Assembly: GCF_000002075.1 (NCBI RefSeq)
Contig: NW_004797283.1
Coordinates: forward strand, 1,356,551-1,420,550
DNA from: Aplysia californica
Lineage: Eukaryota
DNA length: 64,000 bases
Direction: 5' to 3'
In this document: piece by piece, positions 37,627-48,172 of the stretch
How the letters are laid out: each line of letters opens with the position of its first letter
Position numbering within the stretch: position 1 is the first letter of the stretch
Made by a program: the position numbers and the translations under genes
Notes under the pieces: model-generated
The model's database searches: none
The model's input: the letters and a program-made list of their open reading frames with translations, nothing else
What the model was told of the DNA's origin: nothing

Positions 37627-38272
37627 TAAAAGAAAATATGGGATGTTACAGGCGTGCCCCTCTGTTTTTACCCATAGCCATAATTTGATATTTTACAGTT
37701 AGGTTTGAAATTTTCTCGGAAATAATTGATTTACGGCAGTTTTAGTGACTATGGTCTGCAGCAAACAGTCTGCAGTTTGACCCCCGAAGCAGTGCCTCTG
37801 TGTGCAGGAGTTAAAGTAAAAATTTACCCTTTTTTTATATTTTTAACTTTTGAGCTTGGACGTTGAAGAACTCAAACCAGACTTTCCTCTCTTGTGGATC
37901 TATGATGCTTCACAAAAGTTTTGGAATTCAGTCATAGTCATGAGATTTCATATATATATTTAATTCTATTTTTTCTTAAATGTGTGCACCTTCCTTTTTG
38001 ATGCACTCGAGTCCTTTGTAATTTGTAGGCATTCTCTGGTTTTAGCCCCATAGTTAACCTATTAGGTGTATTTTTTTAAATGGAAGTGATTATTCGCACA
38101 GGGTCAAGCTTACGTTGATTTTGGACCTCGTTTGTCACGCACGGGTTATATTCCACCTTTTGACAAAGGTTTTTTTTATGTTAAAACAACTGGACACTAC
38201 TTGATCTAGATTATCTCTAGATCTAGATCTAGTATAACTTGTTTCAGATTAAGGGTTAAAGTAAGCATGCAC

Positions 38273-38325
<53 letters not shown>

Positions 38326-39895
38326 AAGGGGAAAAAAAAAAGAGATCATTTGAGTCATTATCTTTGACACAATACACAACTTGAATTCTAATTTGAGCTG
38401 GGTTTTTTGTATCGCATTGCACAATTAGTATTAGAATTGGATCTAGATCTAGATCTATCCCTACCAAAGATAGATAACAAGATTGTTCACTCAGCCCGAA
38501 AAGTGTTAGCAGAAGTCGGCGCATTGCTTCAGATGACCCTGAAGTCTTTGTTTTGAAGCTTGCTCTTTCCTTTCTCCAGAAGAAGAATAGGATAAGCCCA
38601 GTCTGTTAATTTTACTTTTATTGTTTTTCACCCAAGTCCAAGTAGGGTCTGTTTGCAAAGTCCGCACTTTTTCGAAGAGGGCGCCACCAAATTCTGAGAA
38701 CACTTTTTTTATTTGGCTCAAAAAGAGGAGCCAACTATCTTGTGATCCATGACCTTTAATTGTCCCTACGCGAAAGAGGATGAAAAAAGGGAAAATGAGG
38801 AAATGCTAGGTCTAGTCTCTAGATAATTTCCATCCTTCCTTTGAAACGCCCTGTGCCAATAATATTTTGTAGTATTCACACACCCTGTGCGAATATAATT
38901 TCGTAATATTCACACACCCTGTGCGAATAACTACAGCCTTTTTTTTATTGATACTGACTAGCTATTTGGAATTGAGTCTCAGTTCGAGTCTGAATTGTCT
39001 TCCGTGGCTATTTGGACTCAAACTCCAATGCGTTTACGCAATCACTAGGTGTACCGGATGTGAAGCAGACAAGCAGTTCTACCTTGGCCTTCGGTATCTA
39101 CGATTTGGCCAATGAACTTACAACAAATGGACGCCGACTGTGGTGACCCAGTGCGAATTGTGTTCTTTTCTTTGCTAAGGATAATATAATAGTTGGGCGG
39201 GGCAGTGGGCAACAGTATGGGAGGGAATATAGCTCTGTGTGCAAAAAGAGAAAAAAACAAGTGACGGTGGTGGCGGCCCACATGCGATTTAAACGTAGAA
39301 CGACGCATCTTCCTGGTTGGCCTATTAATTTTAGTAATCGTAATGTGATGTCACCACTTCCTGTGATACCTACAGACTATTTTAAGAAGGCCGTGGAAGT
39401 ACCACATATAAGCACATTTCGGAATTCCTAGATCTAGTACTTGAACATGATGGAAGATCGCTTAGATCGTTGATGCTCAGAACAGTAAGAACTCTGATGC
39501 TTGAAATTGAAACACGGTATACGCAAAGACAATAAACTGCTCGAAAACTGCTGTAAAGACGCTGGAGGATTCCTCCTCCCCCCCCTTCTGCATGCTCCAT
39601 CACAAAAAACTACAAAGCAACAAATTATAATTTATGGGAAAAACTGTTGGTCAGTCGGGACGAGGAGAATTCGGGAGGGGGGGGGGGACTTCCGGGACCG
39701 ATATTTGATCCCCCGCTCATTAAAAAATTGTATGACCCCAAACGCAGACGCGCTGTCCTTTCGGCCATCAAAACTTCCAACACAGCGAAAGGTAGATTAA
39801 GCTTGATATAACATAGACACTTTGTCTTTTATCTTTGGTGCCTTGCGGTGTATTGTGGTCTCGGGATCGGAGGGGTATCCCGGTCTGACATCAAA

Positions 39896-39907
39896 CAAGA
39901 TGGCGGC
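39896..39907 (+). promoter_or_regulatory. YY1-type motif
   Basis: Exact CAAGATGGCGGC in CpG-rich context ~1.9 kb upstream of the ZNF ATG. Confidence 0.6.
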
Positions 39908-40170
39908 CTTACCTGTGATGAGATGATAAGCTATATCTAATCCTAGATGCTACTCGTTAGCCTATCTACGTTGTGTTCAATACTTACCGTTTCGAGCGGG
40001 GAACGATGTGTGTGGGTCTAACAGGTCCGGAGCTTCATCCACTGCGTCAACCTACCAGTAGCGTAGATCCCTGCTCAACCTGTATTTAAATCACGGCTCG
40101 GAAGGCCGGTTCAAATTTCATGTCTTTACGCGATAGTTCGATGATTCACTGTTTTTCTCATATACGTATA

Positions 40171-40977
40171 CAGTCAAACCTGTGTAAGACGGCCACCCAT
40201 TGTCAAGGAGAAAAGTGGCCGTATAAGACAGGTGGCCGTCTTAGGCAGGAGTGATCAAGATAAAGAAAATGAACCATTCCCATCTGAGGTCCCAATTGAA
40301 AGTAGCCGCATTGTTGTTGGTGGTGTGGTGGTTTGTATTTTGTTTGTAATTTTTTATTTTGTTGCTGATTTTGCACAAGGGTGACAATAAAACGAAATGT
40401 ATCAGACGAGGAAGACCGAGTGCCATGTTAAAACAAACAACTGGGTCGCCACCACTCGGAGAACGAGAAACGCTTCTGTCACAAGTTCTTGTTGACGTCC
40501 TTTGTTACTTTGTTGCAGACTGGGTAAACAGTGACCACTCATCTCACTTACGATTTGTGTATGAGTTCTGGGCAGGGCTTATGGGTTTTAAGAGATCACA
40601 CGCTTACCTCACCTGCAGCTGAAAATTGGTAGCTATTGGTCAACAGTGGGTGGGGCCTATGCAACATGATCGGTTGGAGGGACTACCTAACAACAACGAC
40701 AGGTGATTGAATTATGACGGCTCGCCCACAACGCCAGGGGCCAATGCACAATTTAAATAATTTAATACAAAATGTAATGGAGTCATTAAGGTGGCCGTCT
40801 AAGACAGAGGTGTTATTGCTTTGTGTGATACGGGTTGTGTGTTAAATTATGGTGGCCGTGGCCGCGTTCGACAGGTGCCCGTTTTACACAGTTAAATTAT
40901 ATAGAAAAAATGCAGGGGGGGGGGGGGAATGGAAAGTGGCTCTCTTATAGAGGTGGCCGTCAGGGCAGGTTTGAGTG
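40171..40977. mobile_element. TA-target Tc1/pogo-like MITE (family A)
   Basis: TA|CAGTCAAACCTG ... CAGGTTTGAGTG|TA; colinear with 27042-27769. Older short relatives at ~7360-7645, ~19380-19556 and ~28074-28252. Confidence 0.85.
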
Positions 40978-41829
40978 TATTACGCATTAAACCTGCAGAT
41001 TACCCCCTTAAAATTTAGGTGGTGCGTGGATGTTACTTATCAGCTGCACGCAGTTTCCGGTGACACCGGCTGGCTTCAGCAGAGAAGCCCCGCTCACATT
41101 CTGGTAGCTTGCATTTGCCGGTGTTGTTCCTTGAGTTTACCGCTGCCATGAGATTACCCCCGTCATTCTTTAACACTAGGGATCATGAATTGTCGGCCAT
41201 TTAAAAAAAATAAATTAATAATGATATCAAAATAACTTTAAAATTAATGGAAAGTCTTTCTCTACTTTCATAAAACTTGCTGGACTCTCATTCACCATAA
41301 AGTCACCATCCCCCTTACTTCCATGTCCCGTGAGCGTGGTTTTTCAACTCAGAATCTTGTTCGTACAGCACTCTGCAGTTCACTGACCACAAAGGCTGTA
41401 CATCAAACTGATCATTTGGCATGAAAGCAAGCATGAGACATTTTCATTTGATGAAAAGGAAGTGATCCAGGAGGCTTGAAAGTTTCACGATGGGAAAAAA
41501 ATGGAAAGACTGGAATGTGAACCCTGGGATAGCTCTGAAGAATAATGAATCAGTTTATTTTCTTTTTAAAAGTGTATTAGAGTTGGAATTGACTGCATTT
41601 TATTTCTCTCCTGGAACCCAACTTACCCTTCAAGTTAAATTTTAAGATTAATTGAAGTGACTTGTGGTTTCTTTAACAATATCTCTGTACTTGTAGCTTC
41701 TTTGCCTTAGTAAAAATTAAAGTTTGGGGTATTATATAAGTTTAAAGGGGGGGGGGTGATCCGTCCTTTCGTTTTAAAAAACTTGTGGCTTTTTCTCCTT
41801 TTCAGTTTCAGTGTGAACTGTCGACTGAT

Positions 41830-42486
41830 ATGGAAGGGCCAGGAGAAACAGTCACAGAAGAGACTGTGTCTGTGGAAGAGGAATCCCCTGAATCTGTAGA
41901 TGGAGATGGAAATGATGCACAATTGTCTCTAGATCCCAGTGCTAAAAACAGGTCAAAGAGAAAGCCATCAAAAACGCAAATCAAGCATATTGCCCCAAAG
42001 GATGAGAACTGTGACACTTCAAAGTACGGTACTCAAAATATGGAGGACCTGTTCAATGATGTAACGCAGGGTATTTATCCGGGAACAGGGTCAGATCTTT
42101 CAAACCAGGCTGTTTTGCCAGCGGGGATAAATCCTCAGCAACTGCCGACACCTGTGCAAGGTCCCATCCCTGGTGCCGGTGCCCCTCCTGCAACCCCAAC
42201 AACCCCGAGGAGACCCAGGCGGTCCTCGCAAATTTCTGGTGCTTCCCCTGGATCAGGCCGTTCGGTGTCCTCCAGGCCTCCTCCCAGTTACCCGTGTGGC
42301 ATATGTGGGAAGATATTCCGTGTCCCAAGTCGATACGACAGCCACATGCTAGGTCATAGTAAAGGCAAGCCATTTTGTTGCAACACGTGCGGAAAGATGT
42401 TTGCCTCCCAGCACAAGCTGGATCTGCACTTGCCTGTCCACAGCTGTGACCGCAGTGCTTCTTTCACTTGTGAAAGCTGTGGCAAG
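41830..42486 (+). CDS. C2H2 ZNF coding exon 1
   Basis: MEGPGETVTEE...YPCGICGKIFRVPSRYDSHMLGH...FTCESCGK; donor GTAAGA at 42487. Confidence 0.88.
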
Positions 42487-45400
42487 GTAAGATTTGCCTT
42501 TTTTTATTCTAAATAAATGTTTTTATGACTATTGTTACATCTGGTATTCGTCCTTTACGCGATAGTTCGATCATTCACTGTTTTTCTCATAACTTACGAA
42601 ATTGTTCTTAAAGATCGTTTTGCTTCTTTCTTTGGGTTTAAAAAAGCAATTTCAATCGAAGTTTAAAAGTTAAAATATATTTTTATTTTGTTTTCCTTCC
42701 CTTGTGGCAGTGGATAGTGGAGGGGATGTCCATTTTTCTTTCTCAAACATCTTTATCAATACTGGTTTGGGAGATTTAAAAAATTATAGTTTTTTTTTTT
42801 TTTTAAATTTAAGGTGTGCTTTACTTTAAATATAATTTTAATCTATTGCAGACTAATTTGATCAATTGGAAATTGACTTACTGTGGAACAATACATCTTA
42901 CAGCACATTCTCTGCCCATTAAAAAAAAATGATTTTCTTCCTGATTCTTTGTGTGTGTGCTTAATTTTGCCTTAGCATTTGAAGTGTTCTGAGATGACCA
43001 GTGGGCGGTGTGGCAAATTGAACAGGTATGAATGGTCACAAGGATAGACGGATAGATTTGATGGCAATAAAATAGTTGTTTTTACAAAGGAATTGTTGCT
43101 TTGTAAAATGGGATTGGAAGATAACATTTGTTCGGGTTCTGGTCTGGGAGATTGGCTATTGACCCTGGTTGTGTCAGAATTGAACTTTCTTCAGATGACT
43201 AGTTATTTGATCACTCTTTGATTGTCGATAAAAAGAAAAGCACCCCATTTTTCAAATGATTTATTTTATTTTCATTATTGCCGTTCAATGAAGTCTCTAT
43301 AGTTACCTTGTTTCTGTTCTGGTTTCACATGTTTTCTTAATGTTCTTAGGTGTGTGTCAACTGGCGTGCATACCTTTACCATTTGAAAGCAAAACATACT
43401 GAATCTGGAGGGAAAAAATTTGCTTGCAATGTAAGTAGATCCAATACCAATGGAGGGAAAAGATTTTCTTGCAATGTAAGTAATTGTTTGCTTTTATTTC
43501 TTTCCTTTTGTTTGGTTTTGTACTTTATTTACTATTTTAGTTTGCTCTTAAAAATATGTATTTAAGGCAACAGACAAAATGCGCAGACATATCTTTTTTA
43601 CAGTGAAGGATATTCATTCATTGAGACAGAATTTAATTTGTTTGTCTCTCTTGCTAGGTTTTGAAAGATCAGTCTCACATGTTACTTGTTGAACGTTACG
43701 ATTTCCAACAAATATTACAATGAGCTTGTGTTTTGTTAATTTTTGTTATGTTTTTAACAAAATTGGTACTGGGACTCTCAACCTTTTATAATTCAGTACT
43801 CATTTCTGAATAACTTCTTTTCTGCTCACCTTGTTCATTTCCCTTATAGATAGGGGAAGAATAAATTTAGTATTATATTATATATAGAATGGTGGTGTGA
43901 TTTTAGTCATTCTGCTTCTGCTTAACGGTCAAGTGGGCCGCAGCATTCTGGTTGAGAGACCCTGTCTGATAATTTTGCATCTAATGATCTAGTTTTAAAA
44001 ATCAGTTCACTAGCATTTGGTCATGGATGTAATTTTTGTCCATGACAACCTTTTAAGATAGCTGTGTTATTGAAGATTCTATTTCAAAGGTCATAAAGCT
44101 ATTTTTCTGCTTGTAAAGCTTGTATTTATTTAAACTAATGAGAGACAATTTTTCCACTTGTATTTGTTGTTATTCATTTTATGAAGTTGCATTGTTGACT
44201 GTATTATTGTTGCTGTTGTTGTTACTGTAAAATCCTCATTGACATGCTCAAAGATGCATCATCTCATTTTGCGCATGCATCACCTTCACTCATTCGAAGC
44301 CATTTTCTAGAATTCAGCCTTTCATTTCCGTACATTACTTTTGTAGTGTTAGAATCCAAGAAACTCTTCGCCTCTAAATTGTATAATTTTGGTTGAATTA
44401 GAATAAACTTACGGCTGGTGTGCAGCGAATCATAGGTCATTTGTTAATTTTAAAAGGAGGACTTGTTTCGTTTGCCAGACCATCTGATTGTTCTGAGAAA
44501 TGAGGCATTTTAGAAATGGGTGCAAAAAAATCAGGTCCATATGGGTTCAAACTTTTTTCTTCCGTGCCATTGACCAAGTTAGTAAGCAATTGTAGCACCA
44601 TTACTGGCTGTCTTCGTGGCCCATGGCAGATTTGACAGGCTTTTTTCGTGGGTTTTGGAGGTTTTTTTCTGCTATGCCAAGTGGACAATTGCTGCCTGCT
44701 GATTTCCCATTCATAGTACTTCATATTATGCTATCAACACCATTGATCCCGACCATACGCTTAGTTTTCATGCTGCTTTTGTGCACAGAATTTGATTTTG
44801 CTGTCATCTTCATGGTTAGTCCTGGCAAATGTAGATTTTTTTATTTTGTTAAAGACACAAGTCTGCAGATGGATGAACTCAAGTATGCCTTGCTTTTAAT
44901 ATTGCGGGTACTTCAAAATATATTTTAGTGGCTCTTGACTACGAAATTAACTGTTAGAGACATGTACATGTACCATTTTACCCCTGTCCTTGGAAATGTA
45001 CAGCAGTCAGTAAGAATATGCTTCAACAGTTGATGAACTGATGAACAGAAGCTGAAGTTATTAAGTGAGCAAATGAAAACAACATAAGTTTCCCAGAAGA
45101 AAGGGGATATGGTGTTATTCTTGACAATAGTGTTCAAAAGCTTGAACGATTTTTTTAAAAATGTGGGCTTTTTTAAGTTGCAGTTATTTCTCTCAAAGGA
45201 ACACAAATGTGTTGAGTCATCATAGTACTTTTCACAACTCCACCTATCCCTTATTTTAAATACCACAGCCAGTTAATCTTTGGTCTGTGTTGGTTTTAGG
45301 GTTGTTTTTTATTTTCAGTAAAAACTTGCATTCCCCTTGTTGCAAAGACGTTCATGGAGTTTCTGTGATGTAGAAATGAAAATAATGTGTTTAATTTTCA

Positions 45401-48172
45401 AATTGATTTTTAGAACTATTTTATTTATTTTTTAGATATGGTATCAGGGATTCCTCTATGGCTTTGGCTAACTTAATTTGAAAGTAAATTGTTGATGAGA
45501 GGCAACTTGATGTAAATGTCGTTCTTAAGTTTAACTTAAAAACCAGGAGACCAGGGTATTGAATGAGTGGTAATTTTTAATGGTGAAATGAGATGTATTT
45601 GCCTTCTTAATTAAGATGATTGAAATTTGAAATAATTTTTCAAGAAGTATTTGATATTCTCTGTCTCTTTGGCATCTAATAATAAAGATAAAAGTTGGTT
45701 TTTGAATTGAGCACTAAATTTGGATTTTACAGTAAAATGATGTGTTCTTTCTGCATATTTTTTTTTTTCTTTCACAAATTATATTGTGCTATTGTTTTGC
45801 TCTTTCAGCTTTGTGGTCGTCAGTTTCACACGGGCCAGAGACTCAGGAACCACATGGCAAGCCATGAAGTTGGCAAGAACCATTGTTGTCAGACCTGTGG
45901 TAAACTGTTTGAGAGCAAGAAGAAACTGGACACTCACATGCTGGTGCATAACCTGACCAGCAAGCACGACCAGCATCTCCAGTGCTCAGACTGTGGCAAG
46001 GAGTATACTGAGTGGATTGCCTTCAAACAGCATATGAAAACACATGGCGCAGAAGGCGTTCAGTATCCCTGTGGTCTGTGTGAAATGGTGTTTCCTACTC
46101 AATACGAGAAAGAAAAACACAAGAGAGTGCATAAGCAAGTTCAGTGTGAGTTCTGTGAAAGGTATTTCCGTTCGGCTTCGGTCTTGTCGGTTCACCTAAG
46201 GGTTCACACTGGGGAACGTCCGTATAAATGCGGACTCTGTGAGCGAGATTTTTCTCAGTCTTCTGTTCTCAAAGTCCACATGCGCACTCACCGAAAAGAG
46301 GGCAAGTATGAATGCAAAAGGTGCGGGAATGTGTACTTGGACGTTATGGAATTTTTCAAACATCACATGGGTCATCTAGAAGAGGGCAATCTTCAGTGTG
46401 AGGAGTGTGGAAAAGTGTTTGAGACAATCAATAACAAGAATCGCCATATGGCTGCACATAGGGACAGGGCTGGTCGTGTGTGTCAGGTATGTGGCAAAGA
46501 GTTTGGCAGAGTCTCTCACCTGGAGGCTCATATGCTGTGTCACTCTGACCAGCTACCTCTCTTGTGTAAAGTGTGTGGGAAAATGTTTCCATCTCAGGAA
46601 GTCCTGACTGCCCACTATGCCACACACATGTCTGCTGGGGAGAGCGTCTCCAATTCTGGCCTGCCTGCTTCCAAGGGTCCTCTCTTCTGTGGCCTCTGCG
46701 GCAAAATGTTCAAAGGACAGGTGTACCTGAACAATCACATGAAAAAGCATGAAAGAGAAGGCCTCAACGCTCGTGGTGGGGATGAAATTCCAGATGAAGA
46801 TCTGGTAGAAGTTGAGGGGGGTGAGTTTTCTTGCCTGGACTGTGGAAAAACATTTTCCAAAGAGCATCATCTGGCAGTTCACAAACGTGAGCATACAGGA
46901 GAGCGACCGCACACATGCATTTTGTGTGGTCAAAGCTTTATGTTGAGGAAAGAACTTCTGGATCACATTGGTGAGCACAAGCGCAATGGACTCATGATGT
47001 ACATGGGGAATCAAGGTGGTGCAACTGTAGCTGCAAACGCTGCTGCTGCCCCCACATCGGCTACTCAAAAGGTTGGCAATAACACAAAGACTCCCAATGC
47101 AACCTTTCATGAGAGTGATAGTGGCTCTGAAACAGAAACAGACAATGAAGAGTCCGAGGCAACAAAGGCTGCTGCTGCTGCTGCAACAGTACAAAATAAT
47201 AAGCAACGGTCTTCTCCAGCAGTAGTACCACAGCAAGCTATCACTCCATATAGAGAGAATGATTACCCACCTCCTCAGACCAATCAATATCCAGAAAAGA
47301 ACTATGTTATACCAGCAAAAAGTCAGTATGAAGAAAAACTGTACCCAAATGTTCGCAATGTTTTGTATGATGAAAAGAACTACCCTAGAAATATAAGTGC
47401 ACAGTACCTTGACAAGGACTATAATATTGATAGTCAGAACAATTATCAGGAGAAAAGTTTTTCTCGGAGCAGCCACGTGCCAGTTGTTGAAAAATCTTTT
47501 CCAAGCAATCACAGTACTGCGTACGTGGAGAAAGGATACTTGAACCCTCCCCCGCCGACATCTATCTCTGAGAAGAGGTACATAGAGAGTCCTGGCAGCT
47601 CTTACTCTGAGAAAGCTTATGTTGAAGCTCAAAAGCTCGCTTATGCCGAGGAGAGTCAAAGTCTATCCAGAAAGAATCACTCTCCGGTATCGATGAACGA
47701 AAGTCAAGTGTTACACTACAATATACCAAGGGGTTCCTATAATTCTCCCATTTCACCTCCATCTAGTCACATGCCATCCTCCAGTGGCAGCAGTAGTCAT
47801 TTACATGCAGGTTTACAGACTGAACCTTATGGAAGGCCAGACATACAAATTCCTTTAAATGACCGCATGCAACCAGCCATGCAGCTGTCGATGAAAGATA
47901 CCAGTGTCCATCCAAACATTCACATGATCCGACCAGAGCCTCATTTACCACCTAGTGTTCACCATGATTACAAAAATGATATGAGCCCATATGCTTTCCC
48001 ATACAATAAGGCATATATGCCCACAGCAATAAGCAATCTTCCTCACCGTAGCACTTTTCACACTGGCTTCCCAAGCACGCACGGCAGATTCACTACAGAT
48101 TCTCAGCTATCTGTAGCCAATTTCCAGCTTCTACCCCAAACTGCATTTCCTGAGAATTCCCATCAGACTTGA
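41830..48172 (+). CDS. Multi-C2H2 (Kruppel-type) zinc-finger protein; 16 fingers, 3 coding exons (41830-42486, 43350-43430 or -43475, 45809-48172)
   Basis: Fingers 3 and 4 are each split by a phase-0 GT-AG intron (CESCGK|VCVNWRAYLYHLKAKH; FACN|LCGRQFHTGQRLRNHMASH). TGERP linkers, acidic/Pro-rich N-terminus and low-complexity C-terminus. ATG at 41830 follows acceptor(s) at 41804-41805/41810-41811; an upstream coding exon cannot be excluded. Confidence 0.9.
43350..43430 (+). CDS. C2H2 ZNF coding exon 2 (alternative donor at 43476)
   Basis: ttcttag|GTG TGT GTC AAC...TTT GCT TGC AAT|gtaagt; completes finger 3 and starts finger 4. Confidence 0.87.
45809..48172 (+). CDS. C2H2 ZNF terminal coding exon
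   Basis: tctttcag|CTT TGT GGT; rest of finger 4 plus 12 further fingers, Ala/Ser/Tyr-rich tail, stop TGA. Confidence 0.92.
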   Translation, partial: LCGRQFHTGQRLRNHMASHEVGKNHCCQTCGKLFESKKKLDTHMLVHNLTSKHDQHLQCSDCGKEYTEWIAFKQHMKTHGAEGVQYPCGLCEMVFPTQYEKEKHKRVHKQVQCEFCERYFRSASVLSVHLRVHTGERPYKCGLCERDFSQSSVLKVHMRTHRKEGKYECKRCGNVYLDVMEFFKHHMGHLEEGNLQCEECGKVFETINNKNRHMAAHRDRAGRVCQVCGKEFGRVSHLEAHMLCHSDQLPLLCKVCGKMFPSQEVLTAHYATHMSAGESVSNSGLPASKGPLFCGLCGKMFKGQVYLNNHMKKHEREGLNARGGDEIPDEDLVEVEGGEFSCLDCGKTFSKEHHLAVHKREHTGERPHTCILCGQSFMLRKELLDHIGEHKRNGLMMYMGNQGGATVAANAAAAPTSATQKVGNNTKTPNATFHESDSGSETETDNEESEATKAAAAAATVQNNKQRSSPAVVPQQAITPYRENDYPPPQTNQYPEKNYVIPAKSQYEEKLYPNVRNVLYDEKNYPRNISAQYLDKDYNIDSQNNYQEKSFSRSSHVPVVEKSFPSNHSTAYVEKGYLNPPPPTSISEKRYIESPGSSYSEKAYVEAQKLAYAEESQSLSRKNHSPVSMNESQVLHYNIPRGSYNSPISPPSSHMPSSSGSSSHLHAGLQTEPYGRPDIQIPLNDRMQPAMQLSMKDTSVHPNIHMIRPEPHLPPSVHHDYKNDMSPYAFPYNKAYMPTAISNLPHRSTFHTGFPSTHGRFTTDSQLSVANFQLLPQTAFPENSHQT

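Larger units (their letters stand above)
33250..41150. promoter_or_regulatory. Intergenic/5' region between the divergent ZZZ3 and ZNF genes, with putative promoters and non-coding first exons
   Basis: Visibly more CpG-rich than the gene bodies; strong donor-like sites AG|GTAAGT (- strand, ~33275), GG|GTAAGT (+, ~35053) and CG|GTAAGT (-, ~39987). TSS positions not determinable. Confidence 0.5.

Noticed and set aside
38872-38929. Local tandem duplication TATTCACACACCCTGTGCGAATA x2
   Set aside because: Only two units; no further structure that I can support.
45695-45808. N-terminal part of the 825-aa ORF
   Set aside because: Phe-rich translation of an intronic polypyrimidine tract; the exon starts at 45809.
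46553-47659. 368-aa antisense ORF (likewise antisense ORFs over FECH)
   Set aside because: Shadow of the sense CDS with no recognisable domain.
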